Source: Candidatus Izemoplasmatales bacterium (GTDB taxonomy: Bacteria > Bacillota_I > Bacilli_A > Izemoplasmatales > Hujiaoplasmataceae). Taken from it: a stretch of DNA of 64,000 nucleotides. The position numbers and the translations under genes are program-made. A model generated the notes under the pieces. The model ran no database searches and was not told where the DNA came from. It saw only the letters and a program-made list of their open reading frames with translations. Location of the stretch: assembly GCA_050177605.1 (NCBI GenBank), contig JBFXGX010000008.1, forward strand, positions 1 to 64,000. Direction: 5' to 3'. How positions within the stretch are numbered: the first letter of the stretch is position 1; every line of letters starts with the position of its first letter. Below are positions 50,376-60,774 of this stretch, piece by piece.

Positions 50376-50686
50376 AACGTACCCCCTAAGATTTGATGGA
50401 CACCTTCCAAAAAAGTGGACCATTCATTATGATATTCTTTTAATTTCGATTTGCCAACACTTGTAATTTGGTAATACTTTCTTGGAGCTGCAATTCCTGT
50501 GGATTCTGTATAAGTTGTGAAGTATCCACTTGTTGTTAAACGTCTTAAGATCGGATATATTGTATTCTCATTCACATCGATTTGATGTGCTAAGGTTTCG
50601 ATGACTTCAAAACCATACATATCTTTTTTATCGATGACACTAAGAACACACATTTCGATGATCCCTTTTTTAAATTGTGAGTTCAT
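50372..50686 (-). CDS. PadR family regulator
   Basis: QFKKGIIEMCVL, YGFE, TIYPILRRL, RKYY. Confidence 0.92.
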   Translation of the reverse strand: MNSQFKKGIIEMCVLSVIDKKDMYGFEVIETLAHQIDVNENTIYPILRRLTTSGYFTTYTESTGIAAPRKYYQITSVGKSKLKEYHNEWSTFLEGVHQILGGTL

Positions 50687-50696
50687 AGTTTCTCCT

Positions 50697-50748
50697 TACT
50701 GTGCAATGCACAATAATAGAGTAACACAATACTGTGTAAAACACAATA
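50697..50748. promoter_or_regulatory. Two imperfect palindromes, probable PadR operators
   Basis: TACTGTGCAATGCACAATA (50697-50715) and TACTGTGTAAAACACAATA (50730-50748). Confidence 0.7.
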
Positions 50749-50839
50749 TATAAATTAATCTTTTTTTCTTTACGAATGTAAAGGAGTCCTTTATAATAAA
50801 AATGGGGTAGAACTTCAAAACTTCGTAGGGGGATATCAA

Positions 50840-51595
50840 GTGGAAAAGCTCACCAAAGAGGATTTGTTAAAAGCGAAAGCCATCCTCATTGAAAAAAATC
50901 TGTTTACATTACAAAAACAACTAACAAGACAAAGACAAATACGTACGTTTGTGATGAGCGTTTTAGTCCTTGCACTGATTGTAACCACAATCTATGGAAC
51001 GTTAGAAAATCCGTTATCGTATACATTAAGTAATATTGGTAATTTTTTTGATTATCGTGTCTTTTTCATCGTTTGGGCGATTCTAACTGGTCTTGCGATT
51101 CAGTCGAGTATACTTGCCTTATTTCGACTCGAAAAGTATCATAAAAAAGCAAAATATACCTTTGTCTTAATTTCAGTTATTTTCTTAGTGCTGACAGCAC
51201 TTACACCTGCTTTAAAAGATGTTTATCCATTTTGGCATTTGCTACATACGCTGTTTGCTGGACTTCACGCATTATTTTTACTTCTTAGTGTAGTTCCATT
51301 TACGAATTATGTTGCCAGAGAAAATCCAAGATTAAGGCAAACCTTATATACTTGGGAAGTGATCATTTGGGGCGGAGCAATCCTTACACTCCTCATTATT
51401 GGTAAAAGTGCGATTTTTGAACTTTGGTTTTTTGTATCAATGATTTTGTTTTTACTGTATTTATCGCTTGTTCTTTTTGAAGAACAAATCGTCAAGACAA
51501 GCGTTGGATTCTTGAAAGATGAAAGTGATTTAAATGATGCTATCGAAACTTTATTTATTGATTACGATAGAACTGAAAAAAAACTGAAAGATTAA
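50840..51595 (+). CDS. Hypothetical membrane protein
   Basis: GTG start with GGGGG RBS; about 6 TM segments; TLSNIG and HLLH motifs. Confidence 0.7.
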   Translation: MEKLTKEDLLKAKAILIEKNLFTLQKQLTRQRQIRTFVMSVLVLALIVTTIYGTLENPLSYTLSNIGNFFDYRVFFIVWAILTGLAIQSSILALFRLEKYHKKAKYTFVLISVIFLVLTALTPALKDVYPFWHLLHTLFAGLHALFLLLSVVPFTNYVARENPRLRQTLYTWEVIIWGGAILTLLIIGKSAIFELWFFVSMILFLLYLSLVLFEEQIVKTSVGFLKDESDLNDAIETLFIDYDRTEKKLKD

Positions 51596-51607
51596 GAAAG
51601 GAATACC

Positions 51608-52462
51608 ATGAGAAAAATTGAAATCAATGAAAGAAATGATTTTAAGATTTTGCAGTTAACAGATTTACACTTGATGAATCTTCCTGCGGACAACATCACA
51701 TTCGATTTGATTCAAAAATTAGTAAAGAAGACAGACCCAGATTTAATTATCATTACTGGAGATATGACGATGTGCCAACATCAAGACATATTAGATCGTT
51801 ATTTACAAGTTCTCATGGACAAAATGAATAAACCTTGGACCTTCGTCTTTGGTAACCATGATGAAGAAGGGCCACTTACAAAAGAAGAACTTGCTGCTAT
51901 ATTATCCGTAGGTCCACAGTGTATGTATGAAAATACCCCAGGATTATCAGGGGTTGGTAATCATTTGATTGTCATCGAAAAAAACGGTACACCGATATAT
52001 AAACTATTTATGCTCGATTCATTAAGAGACAGAATCGATACAGTGAGTGACCAAAAAATCTGGAGTTACGACTTTATTAAGGATGACCAAATTGATTGGG
52101 TTATGAATCAAACAAATCAAGTTCATTCATTGTTATTTTTTCATATTCCACTTCCTGAATTCAAAGAAGCCAAACTCTTTCCTAGTTTTAAAGGCGAATT
52201 TAATGAAGGCGTTTGTTCCTCAAATTATCAAACTAATTTATTTGAAAAAGCAGTAGAGTCTGGCGTCATTCAAGGAATCTTTGTTGGACATGATCATGTG
52301 AATGATTTCTCTTTTGAAAAAGAAGGAATCTTATTAGCGTATGGCAGGTGCACGGGACATTATGATTACACGCTCCCTTCATTTATCAAGGGAGGAAGAT
52401 TGATTACAATTAATACTTTAGGTGAAATGAATACAGAAGTCATTTTAGAAACAGAAATTTAA
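51608..52462 (+). CDS. Calcineurin-like metallophosphoesterase (Dcr2-like)
   Basis: QLTDLH, TGD, FGNHD, FFHIP, GHDHVND. Confidence 0.88.
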   Translation: MRKIEINERNDFKILQLTDLHLMNLPADNITFDLIQKLVKKTDPDLIIITGDMTMCQHQDILDRYLQVLMDKMNKPWTFVFGNHDEEGPLTKEELAAILSVGPQCMYENTPGLSGVGNHLIVIEKNGTPIYKLFMLDSLRDRIDTVSDQKIWSYDFIKDDQIDWVMNQTNQVHSLLFFHIPLPEFKEAKLFPSFKGEFNEGVCSSNYQTNLFEKAVESGVIQGIFVGHDHVNDFSFEKEGILLAYGRCTGHYDYTLPSFIKGGRLITINTLGEMNTEVILETEI

Positions 52463-52550
52463 GCACATTATGTGCTTTTTTTTATTTGTTATAGTATCTT
52501 TTTAAAGGGAAGTGAAGTATACTAGTTTTATTATCTTTTTGGAGACCATT

Positions 52551-53759
52551 ATGAAAAAGCAAATCATCATAGTTTTAATCTTAACAGCGTTTCAAGCAAC
52601 CATCCATAATTTAGGACATCCAGTGACACCAGATTTGGTGCACAGTTTAGACATCCCAGATTATATGTTTGGTGTCTTTTTTGCGATGATGGCACTTGGG
52701 ATGATGATCGCAAGTCCTTTCTTTGGACTCCTCGGAGATCATCACAAAAAGAATCGTTTGATTTTTTTTGGACTGTTAATCTATAGTATCGGACAAATCG
52801 GATTTGGATTTGGAACGAATTCAATCATCATGGTATTATTTAGACTAATGTCTGGTCTTGGTGTCGCTGGGATTGTGACATTATTTGTCAGTTATATTAT
52901 AGAAAATTCAAGTCCAGAACATAAGACTAGGAACCTAGCTTATTATAGCGCATTACTAACTTTCTTTGCAGGTCTTGGTTATAAACTTGGAGGATTTCTA
53001 AATCATTATGAACCGCTCTTTCCGTATCTACATCTTGATCAGTATAGAAATATTTTCTTGCTTCAAGGAATCCTGAATTGTTTTTTTGCAGTCGCTGTTC
53101 TTTTCTTTTTGAAAGAAGATCATATCGAGGAAGTTACCAAAGAAAAAGTAGGCTTTTTTGCTTCATTCAAACATATGAAGGAACTCGATAGATCCTTTTT
53201 TCTTTTCTTGATTGCGGTTACTCTAGCTTCGATGGCTTCGATTAATATCTCAAAATACTTGGATGTCTATTTTATTGATCGAGGATATACTTCAGACAAT
53301 CTTGGCTCTTTTGTTTTTGTGACAGGCATCGTTAGTTTAATATCATCTACCATCATTGTTCCTATCATAAAGAAGCTAAACCGAGATTTAGCAGTCATCA
53401 TATTGATTCAACTTGTTTCAGGATTGATTATTTTATTTGTGTTTAGACAAAATCAGTTTTTGCTCTTTATGTATAGCCTATTTAATATTTATGTTTTATT
53501 AAAAGCAATCTATACTCCTTTCGAACAAAGTTATTTGTCAACGTATGCAAAAGGAAATACTTTAGGTTTGTTAATGGGTGTGAGACAATCGTTTGTTTCT
53601 ATCGGTATGATTGTTGGACCCATTGTCGGTGGTTTTTTATACGACAGAGCGCCATTACTCGTATTTGATGTGTCTGCGATACTACTGTTTATCTCTTTTA
53701 TATTTTTAGTCCTTGTCTATCAAGTCAATAAAAAAAAGAAGGCGCAACTAGAAAACTAG
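52551..53759 (+). CDS. MFS transporter
   Basis: 12 TM segments; GLLGD, GPIVGGFLYD. Confidence 0.85.
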   Translation: MKKQIIIVLILTAFQATIHNLGHPVTPDLVHSLDIPDYMFGVFFAMMALGMMIASPFFGLLGDHHKKNRLIFFGLLIYSIGQIGFGFGTNSIIMVLFRLMSGLGVAGIVTLFVSYIIENSSPEHKTRNLAYYSALLTFFAGLGYKLGGFLNHYEPLFPYLHLDQYRNIFLLQGILNCFFAVAVLFFLKEDHIEEVTKEKVGFFASFKHMKELDRSFFLFLIAVTLASMASINISKYLDVYFIDRGYTSDNLGSFVFVTGIVSLISSTIIVPIIKKLNRDLAVIILIQLVSGLIILFVFRQNQFLLFMYSLFNIYVLLKAIYTPFEQSYLSTYAKGNTLGLLMGVRQSFVSIGMIVGPIVGGFLYDRAPLLVFDVSAILLFISFIFLVLVYQVNKKKKAQLEN

Positions 53760-53773
53760 TTCGCCTTTTTTGT

Positions 53774-55717
53774 TTAAAAATATTTCTTTTCTTCTGTGAT
53801 AAAGAAGACACCAACTTCTTGTCTATAGAAGTAGTCATTCTCTAAAATCATATTACTGATGAGTTTTTTATGAATCATGTAATTATTCATTATATAAGCA
53901 TCTTCTAGATAAGAATCATCTTCAGTCCAGTAGGTATCTGTTTCAATATTATAAGAATAATGATCGCTAATAATCGAACCATTGGATAGTAATACAACAT
54001 TTGGTAATTGATCTAATGCATCTTGTCCCATCACTTTTTGGTAATCTAGTCCAAGACCAAATAAATTCGAAATGGTAGGCATAATGTCAATCGAAGACAT
54101 TGTATTTGTGATTGTTTGTTTTTCAAGAGTTGGATTATAGATTATCATTGGAACATTGTGAATATCGAGCGTAGAAAAATCTTCTTTGACAGTATCATAT
54201 TCCCAAATATCTTCCATATCGAGACCATAGGCATAGTGATCACCATAAATCATAATGACCGTATTATCAAGTTGGTTTGACTCTGCTAATCCAGAAAGAA
54301 GGATTCCAAGAGATTGATCAAATTCATACTGTGCGGCTAAATAATAGAGGATTGACTCTGTTGGTAATTCCCTATCATTGTCTAAGAATAAATTGGTAAT
54401 GGTTTCTAAATTGGCAACGGCAATTTCATGTGTATCATCATAAGGTAAATGCCCTGATACCGTAAGAATATAGGTGAAGAAGGATTCTTGACCTTCTAAA
54501 TGTGATAAAACTTGATCCATCATTAACGTATCGCTTGGCCAATTATGGTCACTAATATATCCCTCTGGTTCTTCGAGTAATCCCATGTCAACAGCGCCAT
54601 AATAAGACTCATATCCTAGTGTATTAGGATCAAAATTACTGCGAGGATAGAAATAGTCGGTATAATCATGAAAAGCCATGGTTGTATAATCAAGGTCCGC
54701 AAACATTCTTGGAAGCGTATATTGGAAAGTATTATCCTTAAAGGCTTCCATGGATAACTCAACACCACTATGCGGATAAAAAGAGGTTTGTGTCATAAAT
54801 TCTGTATCTGCGGTATTACGATAATAAAGTGGAGAATAATAATTCTCGAAATACCACGCGTTATTCAGCATGCCATAAAGATTAGGCATTACGAGAGGGT
54901 CAACAGCGTAAGTATCTAAACTCTCAGCCATAATTAAAATCAAGTTTTTACCCTCAAAATAGCCAGTATAATCATTGATTTCGTGTTCAGGAAAAGCTGA
55001 TATGAAATCCGCGATTTCATCTCTTGCTTCATCAACTTCTGTTTCATCACCTAAATTGTTTTCTAAATCAATGCGAATATAAGTGAATAATCCAAATTTC
55101 TTTATCGCTAAATAAGGACTATAGGGTTCTTGATATAAATCGAAATCGGAATAGTTATACTCTGATTCATCATCAATGAGTGTTGTTTTTGGAATTGTAA
55201 TTCTGGAAATCATCATCACAAGCATTCCAAGACCAATCATCATCACAGGTTGAAGAATCGATTTGTATCTGATCCGAGATATTTGTTTGAAAGTATGTGG
55301 TTTAATCAGTGATAAGATTATCGTGGATACAAACGGAATAAGATAGAACAAATGAATCCATGTAATCTTGTGAATAAATCTTCCAAGGAAGGTTACGCCA
55401 AGAAGTGCGTCGCCTGTAATGGCGAAGGAGAAGAAACTATTAAAGATTCTAAAATACATATCTTGAGCGAAATAAAGAAGTGATAATAAAAACAATATCA
55501 AAATGAAGAATACACGAATGTATTTCGATTTTAAGAATCGCAAGATAAACAGCGTAAAGAAGGAATAACCTAAACTAAATAAAAAGATACGAAGTAAATT
55601 AAGATCGATTTGAAAATGCATAATCGAGATGCGAAGAAGTATTTCTAAAAAGAAAATCATGAGTAACAAATAAGCAAGTAAATATAAACTATTTTTTCTT
55701 GAGATATTTTTCATCAA
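53774..55717 (-). CDS. LTA synthase/phosphoglycerol transferase (sulfatase superfamily)
   Basis: 5 N-terminal TM segments; ILIMAES, NTADTEF, SGHLPY, YGDH, DIMPT. Confidence 0.85.
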   Translation of the reverse strand: MMKNISRKNSLYLLAYLLLMIFFLEILLRISIMHFQIDLNLLRIFLFSLGYSFFTLFILRFLKSKYIRVFFILILFLLSLLYFAQDMYFRIFNSFFSFAITGDALLGVTFLGRFIHKITWIHLFYLIPFVSTIILSLIKPHTFKQISRIRYKSILQPVMMIGLGMLVMMISRITIPKTTLIDDESEYNYSDFDLYQEPYSPYLAIKKFGLFTYIRIDLENNLGDETEVDEARDEIADFISAFPEHEINDYTGYFEGKNLILIMAESLDTYAVDPLVMPNLYGMLNNAWYFENYYSPLYYRNTADTEFMTQTSFYPHSGVELSMEAFKDNTFQYTLPRMFADLDYTTMAFHDYTDYFYPRSNFDPNTLGYESYYGAVDMGLLEEPEGYISDHNWPSDTLMMDQVLSHLEGQESFFTYILTVSGHLPYDDTHEIAVANLETITNLFLDNDRELPTESILYYLAAQYEFDQSLGILLSGLAESNQLDNTVIMIYGDHYAYGLDMEDIWEYDTVKEDFSTLDIHNVPMIIYNPTLEKQTITNTMSSIDIMPTISNLFGLGLDYQKVMGQDALDQLPNVVLLSNGSIISDHYSYNIETDTYWTEDDSYLEDAYIMNNYMIHKKLISNMILENDYFYRQEVGVFFITEEKKYF

Positions 55718-55928
55718 CCTTCTCTCCTTTCTAAACTATTATTATACCTTTTTTAATCTCTTTAATAAAGAGATTTTTTTGTTTGATGTAAAAATAATGG
55801 ATATTTTGTTCTTTGATGAACATCAAATTGATAATTGTGAAATGTTTGTAAAATGAGTTGGAATGTTGTAAAATAGCCTAAATTCTGTTAAAATACGGGT
55901 GACAACTTGTATAAATGGAAGTGAAAAA

Positions 55929-57026
55929 ATGATAAAATATGTCATAACCAAAAAAGATTTAAAACAATTCATCTTTTTTGTAAAAAAACATTATCAAAAT
56001 GATCCGTATTTTGTACCACCAATCTATAACGTTCTTACGAAAGAACTTAAAAGAGAAGTGCTGAAGACAAAAAAATATACAGCCATTCTTGCGCTTAAGA
56101 ATGAGGAGATTGTTGGAAGATTATTATATACAATTGATGATTCAAAAATGAAGAATTCAAAAATAGGGTATTATTCTTTTTTTGAATCCATCAATGATGC
56201 TGACGTGGTGAAAGAATTATTTGATACCATGGAAAAAGATTTATTGTCAGAGGGGATGACTTACGCTGAAGGTACATTTACACCTTATGATCCAGATACT
56301 AGAAGAGGTGTTCTTGTCATGGGATTTGATAAGGATCCGACAATCATGACAAGTTATAATTATGCCTATTATGGCTCACTTTTAGAATCGATTGGTTATG
56401 TGAAGGCGCTGGATACGTTTAGTTTAAAAGCGGATATATGTGATGAAACAACCAGAAAATTAACGGTGATTGAAAAATATTTTGAAGCACGTCATGAAGT
56501 GCAAATTGATTCTCTCAATTTTAAAGACCTAGATAAAGATATCCAAGATGTTCATGAAATATTGAAAACTGCTTCCATTGAACTCAACTATCAAGAAGCG
56601 CCAAGTATTGATTTGATTCAAGAAGTTGCGAAGTCGATGAAGTTATTTATTCGACCTGAATTCATCAAAATTGCAAGAGAAAAAGAGACGCTGGAACCCG
56701 TTGGTTTTGCCTTAGTCTTACCTGATTTTAATCAAGTAATTAAAAAGGCAAAAGGGAAACTGAATTTGTATTATTTCCTTCGAAGCAAAAAATATATTAC
56801 ACGGGCAAGAGGGCTAATGCAATATGTTGTGCCGAAGTACCAAAATACAGGGTTAATTGGTGTCATGTTTAAAAAGGTATATGATCACTTCTTAAGTGAA
56901 GGCATTACGACATTTGAAGCTGGAACGATGGTCGAAGAGAATATGAAAGCCATGTCGACTTTTATGAAGTTTGGTGGAGAAATAACGAAAACATATCGAA
57001 TTTATGGGAAGGAACTATCACAATGA
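55929..57026 (+). CDS. YghO-like double-GNAT N-acyltransferase
   Basis: KKDLKQFI..YQNDPYFVPP, FFESIND, GVLVMGFD.DPTIMTSYN..YY, KTYRIY. Confidence 0.75.
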   Translation: MIKYVITKKDLKQFIFFVKKHYQNDPYFVPPIYNVLTKELKREVLKTKKYTAILALKNEEIVGRLLYTIDDSKMKNSKIGYYSFFESINDADVVKELFDTMEKDLLSEGMTYAEGTFTPYDPDTRRGVLVMGFDKDPTIMTSYNYAYYGSLLESIGYVKALDTFSLKADICDETTRKLTVIEKYFEARHEVQIDSLNFKDLDKDIQDVHEILKTASIELNYQEAPSIDLIQEVAKSMKLFIRPEFIKIAREKETLEPVGFALVLPDFNQVIKKAKGKLNLYYFLRSKKYITRARGLMQYVVPKYQNTGLIGVMFKKVYDHFLSEGITTFEAGTMVEENMKAMSTFMKFGGEITKTYRIYGKELSQ

Positions 57027-58210
57027 TCTATAGTATAATCCAAACAATCTCTGTCTTTTTAATTCCCTTATTAATCATCAAATATCATCGTTTTGTCCTT
57101 ACTAAACTCTTTGGAACGATTGGTATGGCCTACCTTTTAGGAATCCTCGTTTCCTTTATTGTCTATCTATTAAACCACCTCGGTCTGAATATTGTCCCTA
57201 ATGCAGATATTGGTCAAATAGGTGGCTATTTAGCGATTTCCATTGCAATTCCTTTACTCTTATTTAGTTCAAACTTAAAAGAAGTTAAGAAACTCTCAAA
57301 AACTGTTCTTGTCTCTTTTCTATCGGTGATTGTATCGGTTGTTATCGTGACGTCCATTACCTTTTATGTCTATGCTAGAACGATTAACCATGGTGGAGAA
57401 TTAAGTGCTATGGCTGTCGGCCTTTATACGGGTGGAACGCCAAACTTGAATGCTCTTGCCGCAATCTTCCATTTGAGTGTTGAAGAAATTGGAATCGCAA
57501 ATTTCTCAGATATGATTATTGGGGCTGTATTCTATGTTTTCTTGTTGGTGTTAAGTCAACCTTTACTAAAACGTATCTTAAAGAAATCAAGTAAACGAAT
57601 CTATCTAACAGAAGCTTCGAATGTTGAAAACACAGAAGCGATTCAATTTAATGAGTTTAAACACTCCAGCAGATTATATAAAACAGTACTGATTGCATTT
57701 GCAATCGTCGTCATCAGCGCACTCAGTGGTTTTGTTCTATGGATGATTTTAGGTAGTAAAGATGGAACGCTCCTAGATATCCTGGTTCCCACTTTAATGA
57801 TTGGTGTCACTGTGCTAGGGATCGCGGCTTCCTTTAACACAAAGATTCGTGAAACCAAAGGAACCAATGTGATTGGTCAGTATATGATCTTAGTCTTTAG
57901 TTTTGCGATTGCATCTTCCATTGATTTAAATCAATTATCCAGTTCATTTGGACAAGTGCTTCTTTTATATTCGATTATTACGATAGGGACATTTGCATTA
58001 CATACACTCTTCGCATATTTCTTGAAAATTGATGCGGATTGTACGATTGTCACTGCGACTGCAGGGATATATGGCCCTGCGTTTGTTCCCGCAGTGACCA
58101 ATCAACTCAAAAATGATTCACTGACTGTTCCTGGGCTAATTTGCGGATCTGTCGGTTATGCGCTTGGGACATTCTTAGGAATTTTGCTTGGATTACTCTT
58201 TATTTTATAA
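57023..58210 (+). CDS. DUF819-like membrane protein
   Basis: AIPLLLF, YTGGTPN, GIYGPAFVP, GYALG; ATGA overlap with the upstream gene. Confidence 0.75.
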   Translation: MIYSIIQTISVFLIPLLIIKYHRFVLTKLFGTIGMAYLLGILVSFIVYLLNHLGLNIVPNADIGQIGGYLAISIAIPLLLFSSNLKEVKKLSKTVLVSFLSVIVSVVIVTSITFYVYARTINHGGELSAMAVGLYTGGTPNLNALAAIFHLSVEEIGIANFSDMIIGAVFYVFLLVLSQPLLKRILKKSSKRIYLTEASNVENTEAIQFNEFKHSSRLYKTVLIAFAIVVISALSGFVLWMILGSKDGTLLDILVPTLMIGVTVLGIAASFNTKIRETKGTNVIGQYMILVFSFAIASSIDLNQLSSSFGQVLLLYSIITIGTFALHTLFAYFLKIDADCTIVTATAGIYGPAFVPAVTNQLKNDSLTVPGLICGSVGYALGTFLGILLGLLFIL

Positions 58211-58277
58211 CAGGGAATCTTCCCTGTTTTTATTTTCTTTTTTCAAGATGTAGTATAATAGAGAATGTGGTGATAAT

Positions 58278-59144
58278 TTGAACGTACTCGTTTTGGGCGG
58301 AGCGTCCTATGATGAATTGATTCATGTGGATGCGGATGCATTAGAAAAAACAACTTATTTTGCAAAAAAAACCTATTATGGATTAGGATCAACAGGAATT
58401 GGAAAAGCTATTCCGCTTTTTCAACTTGGCATCACGACAACCTTACATTACTGTATTGGAAGTGATGAAGCCGGGCGAAAGATTAAAGAAGAGCTAAGTC
58501 AATTTGATTTCAAACAGATTGTGGATACTTCTGAACGAAGTGAAACACATACCAATATAATGTACTCTAGCGGCGAAAGAACCTCGATATATACTTCGAC
58601 TCTTGGAAAGGTCAACCAACTCTCTTATGATCAAATCGAAGAGGCAATCAAGAACGCTGATATGATTTTCTTCAATATCATTCCGTATAATAAATCACTG
58701 ATACCACTTCTGAGAACGTATACAAAGAAAATATGGGTGGACCTTCATGATTATGATGGTTCAAATCCCTACCATCAAGATTTCATCGATATCGCGGATG
58801 CTTTATTTTTAAGCAAAGAAGCCTTGTCGCACCCTGAAGAATGGATCGAAACAATGAAAAATAAAAAAGATTTCATTGTCTTAACAAAAGGCCAAGATGG
58901 ATCCGAATATTATGACAAGGTTAAGTCTCTTCAGATACCTGCTTATTTATCTTCTCATGTGAAGGATACGAATGGGGCAGGAGATCATTTTATGGCCGGT
59001 TTCTTTTATGGCTATATGTTAGGTAGAAACGCTGAAACCTGTATGAAATTAGGAGCTTATACCGCCAAGTTATGCGTTGAAAGTGAAAACATTTATTCTA
59101 CTGCGTTATGTGAAGATGCGCTCGATTTTGTTTTTAGAAAGTAG
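58278..59144 (+). CDS. PfkB/ribokinase family kinase
   Basis: LTKGQDGS, DTNGAGDHF. Confidence 0.88.
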   Translation: MNVLVLGGASYDELIHVDADALEKTTYFAKKTYYGLGSTGIGKAIPLFQLGITTTLHYCIGSDEAGRKIKEELSQFDFKQIVDTSERSETHTNIMYSSGERTSIYTSTLGKVNQLSYDQIEEAIKNADMIFFNIIPYNKSLIPLLRTYTKKIWVDLHDYDGSNPYHQDFIDIADALFLSKEALSHPEEWIETMKNKKDFIVLTKGQDGSEYYDKVKSLQIPAYLSSHVKDTNGAGDHFMAGFFYGYMLGRNAETCMKLGAYTAKLCVESENIYSTALCEDALDFVFRK

Positions 59145-59155
59145 CGGGACAAAAG

Positions 59156-60709
59156 ATGAAAAAGGAACTGCATATTTTATCGTTTAGCGATAGCCACGGT
59201 TATTTAGTCAATCAAAATTATTCTCTTAACCAGACATCAGAAAATGGTGTTTCTTTGCTTGCGAGTCACATACAAAAATATAAAAAAGAGGATCGCATTG
59301 TCATTGATACTGGAGATACCATCCAAGGCAGCCCATTAATGTATTTTCATCAATTAAAACGGACTTTATATCCTCATCCTACTGCTTTAGTTTATAACTA
59401 TTTACATGTAGATTATTTCATACCTGGCAATCATGATTTTAATTACTGCTCGGATTACATGATGCAATTTGTAAATAGTTTCGAAGGAACCATGTTATGT
59501 GGAAATATCGTTTATCAAGAAAACAACCAACCAATCGGTCTTCCTTATGAAATTAAAGAGGTCGCTCCAGGCTTAAAAATAGCGATTATAGGATTAACAA
59601 CCGATTATATTCCGAACTGGGAACGGAGGGAATTTATCGAGCATTTGTCATTTCTCTCTCCACTGGAAGTGTTAGAGAAATCGCTCAATGAAATTAATCT
59701 TTTAGGCGTAAGTTATAAGATTGTAGTTTACCACGGTGGATTCGAACGAGATTTAAAAACCAATCTTCCTTATGTGGATGATACCTTAGAAAATGTTGGT
59801 TCTCGGATTTTAGCCGCTTTTCCAGAAATCAATCTATTTTTAACAGGACATCAACACCGGACAATCTGTGAAAAAGTTGGACAAACAATTGTGATTCAAC
59901 CTGCTTCGCACGGTAGAATAATCTCCGACATTTCTTTATCTTTCGAACAAGTAAATGGCGACTGGCAACTCATCGATGAAGAGATGCAACTCGTTCCTGC
60001 ATCCTCGTTAAAAAATGATGAAACTGTACGAGGTATTATGGATAAAATCAGTCATGATTTGAATGAATTTCTAGATATTCCGATTGGACATGTCGTCCAA
60101 AACGATTTAAAAATATCTAATCTGTTTGAGGCAAGACTACATAAACATAAAATCGTTACGTTTATTAACCAAATCCAATTAATCTATTCTGGCGCGATGA
60201 TTTCAGCCACTTCGCTTGGCAATGATATTACGGGTTTCAATGAAGAAATTTCAATCCGTAATGTCCTTTCTACCTATGTCTATCCTAATACGCTCACGGT
60301 GATTAAAATCAACGGTCGTACCTTAAAGGATGCACTAGAGAAAAACGCTGAATACTTTATTTATGAAGATCATATCTTTAAATTTCATCCTAAATTTTCG
60401 TATCCTAAACTGGAACATTATAACTATGATATGTTTGATGGTATTCACTATACGATTAAAGTAACAAATCCAGTAGGGAAAAGAATTGTATCATTAAAAT
60501 ACGCTGGCATACCAGTCGACGATGATCAAGAGTTTACCTTATGTTTAAATAACTACCGCGCGAGTGGTGGTGGTGAATTTGAAATGTACCGTGGACTAGA
60601 AATTGTACGAGAGATTAGTCTTGATATTGCTGAATTAATGATAAACTATATCCTAAAGAAACAAGAGATTATTGTGCCTCAAATTGACAACATTCGTGTC
60701 ATTCCTTAA
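59156..60709 (+). CDS. Bifunctional 2',3'-cyclic-nucleotide phosphodiesterase/5'-nucleotidase family, no signal peptide
   Basis: SDSHG, DTGDTIQGSP, GNHDFN, YHGGFE, TGHQH, YPNT, NNYRASGGG. Confidence 0.88.
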   Translation: MKKELHILSFSDSHGYLVNQNYSLNQTSENGVSLLASHIQKYKKEDRIVIDTGDTIQGSPLMYFHQLKRTLYPHPTALVYNYLHVDYFIPGNHDFNYCSDYMMQFVNSFEGTMLCGNIVYQENNQPIGLPYEIKEVAPGLKIAIIGLTTDYIPNWERREFIEHLSFLSPLEVLEKSLNEINLLGVSYKIVVYHGGFERDLKTNLPYVDDTLENVGSRILAAFPEINLFLTGHQHRTICEKVGQTIVIQPASHGRIISDISLSFEQVNGDWQLIDEEMQLVPASSLKNDETVRGIMDKISHDLNEFLDIPIGHVVQNDLKISNLFEARLHKHKIVTFINQIQLIYSGAMISATSLGNDITGFNEEISIRNVLSTYVYPNTLTVIKINGRTLKDALEKNAEYFIYEDHIFKFHPKFSYPKLEHYNYDMFDGIHYTIKVTNPVGKRIVSLKYAGIPVDDDQEFTLCLNNYRASGGGEFEMYRGLEIVREISLDIAELMINYILKKQEIIVPQIDNIRVIP

Positions 60710-60774
60710 GAGGTGGATTCCTTGACAATCAAAGGAAGAATTGATTTAATTAATACTAGATGAAGGAGGATTTT

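Noticed and set aside
29562..52550. Longest-ORF starts such as 31370, 38751, 44765, 47202, 50423 and 52512
   Set aside because: Downstream ATGs have SD sequences and family-typical N-termini, so the starts were shortened
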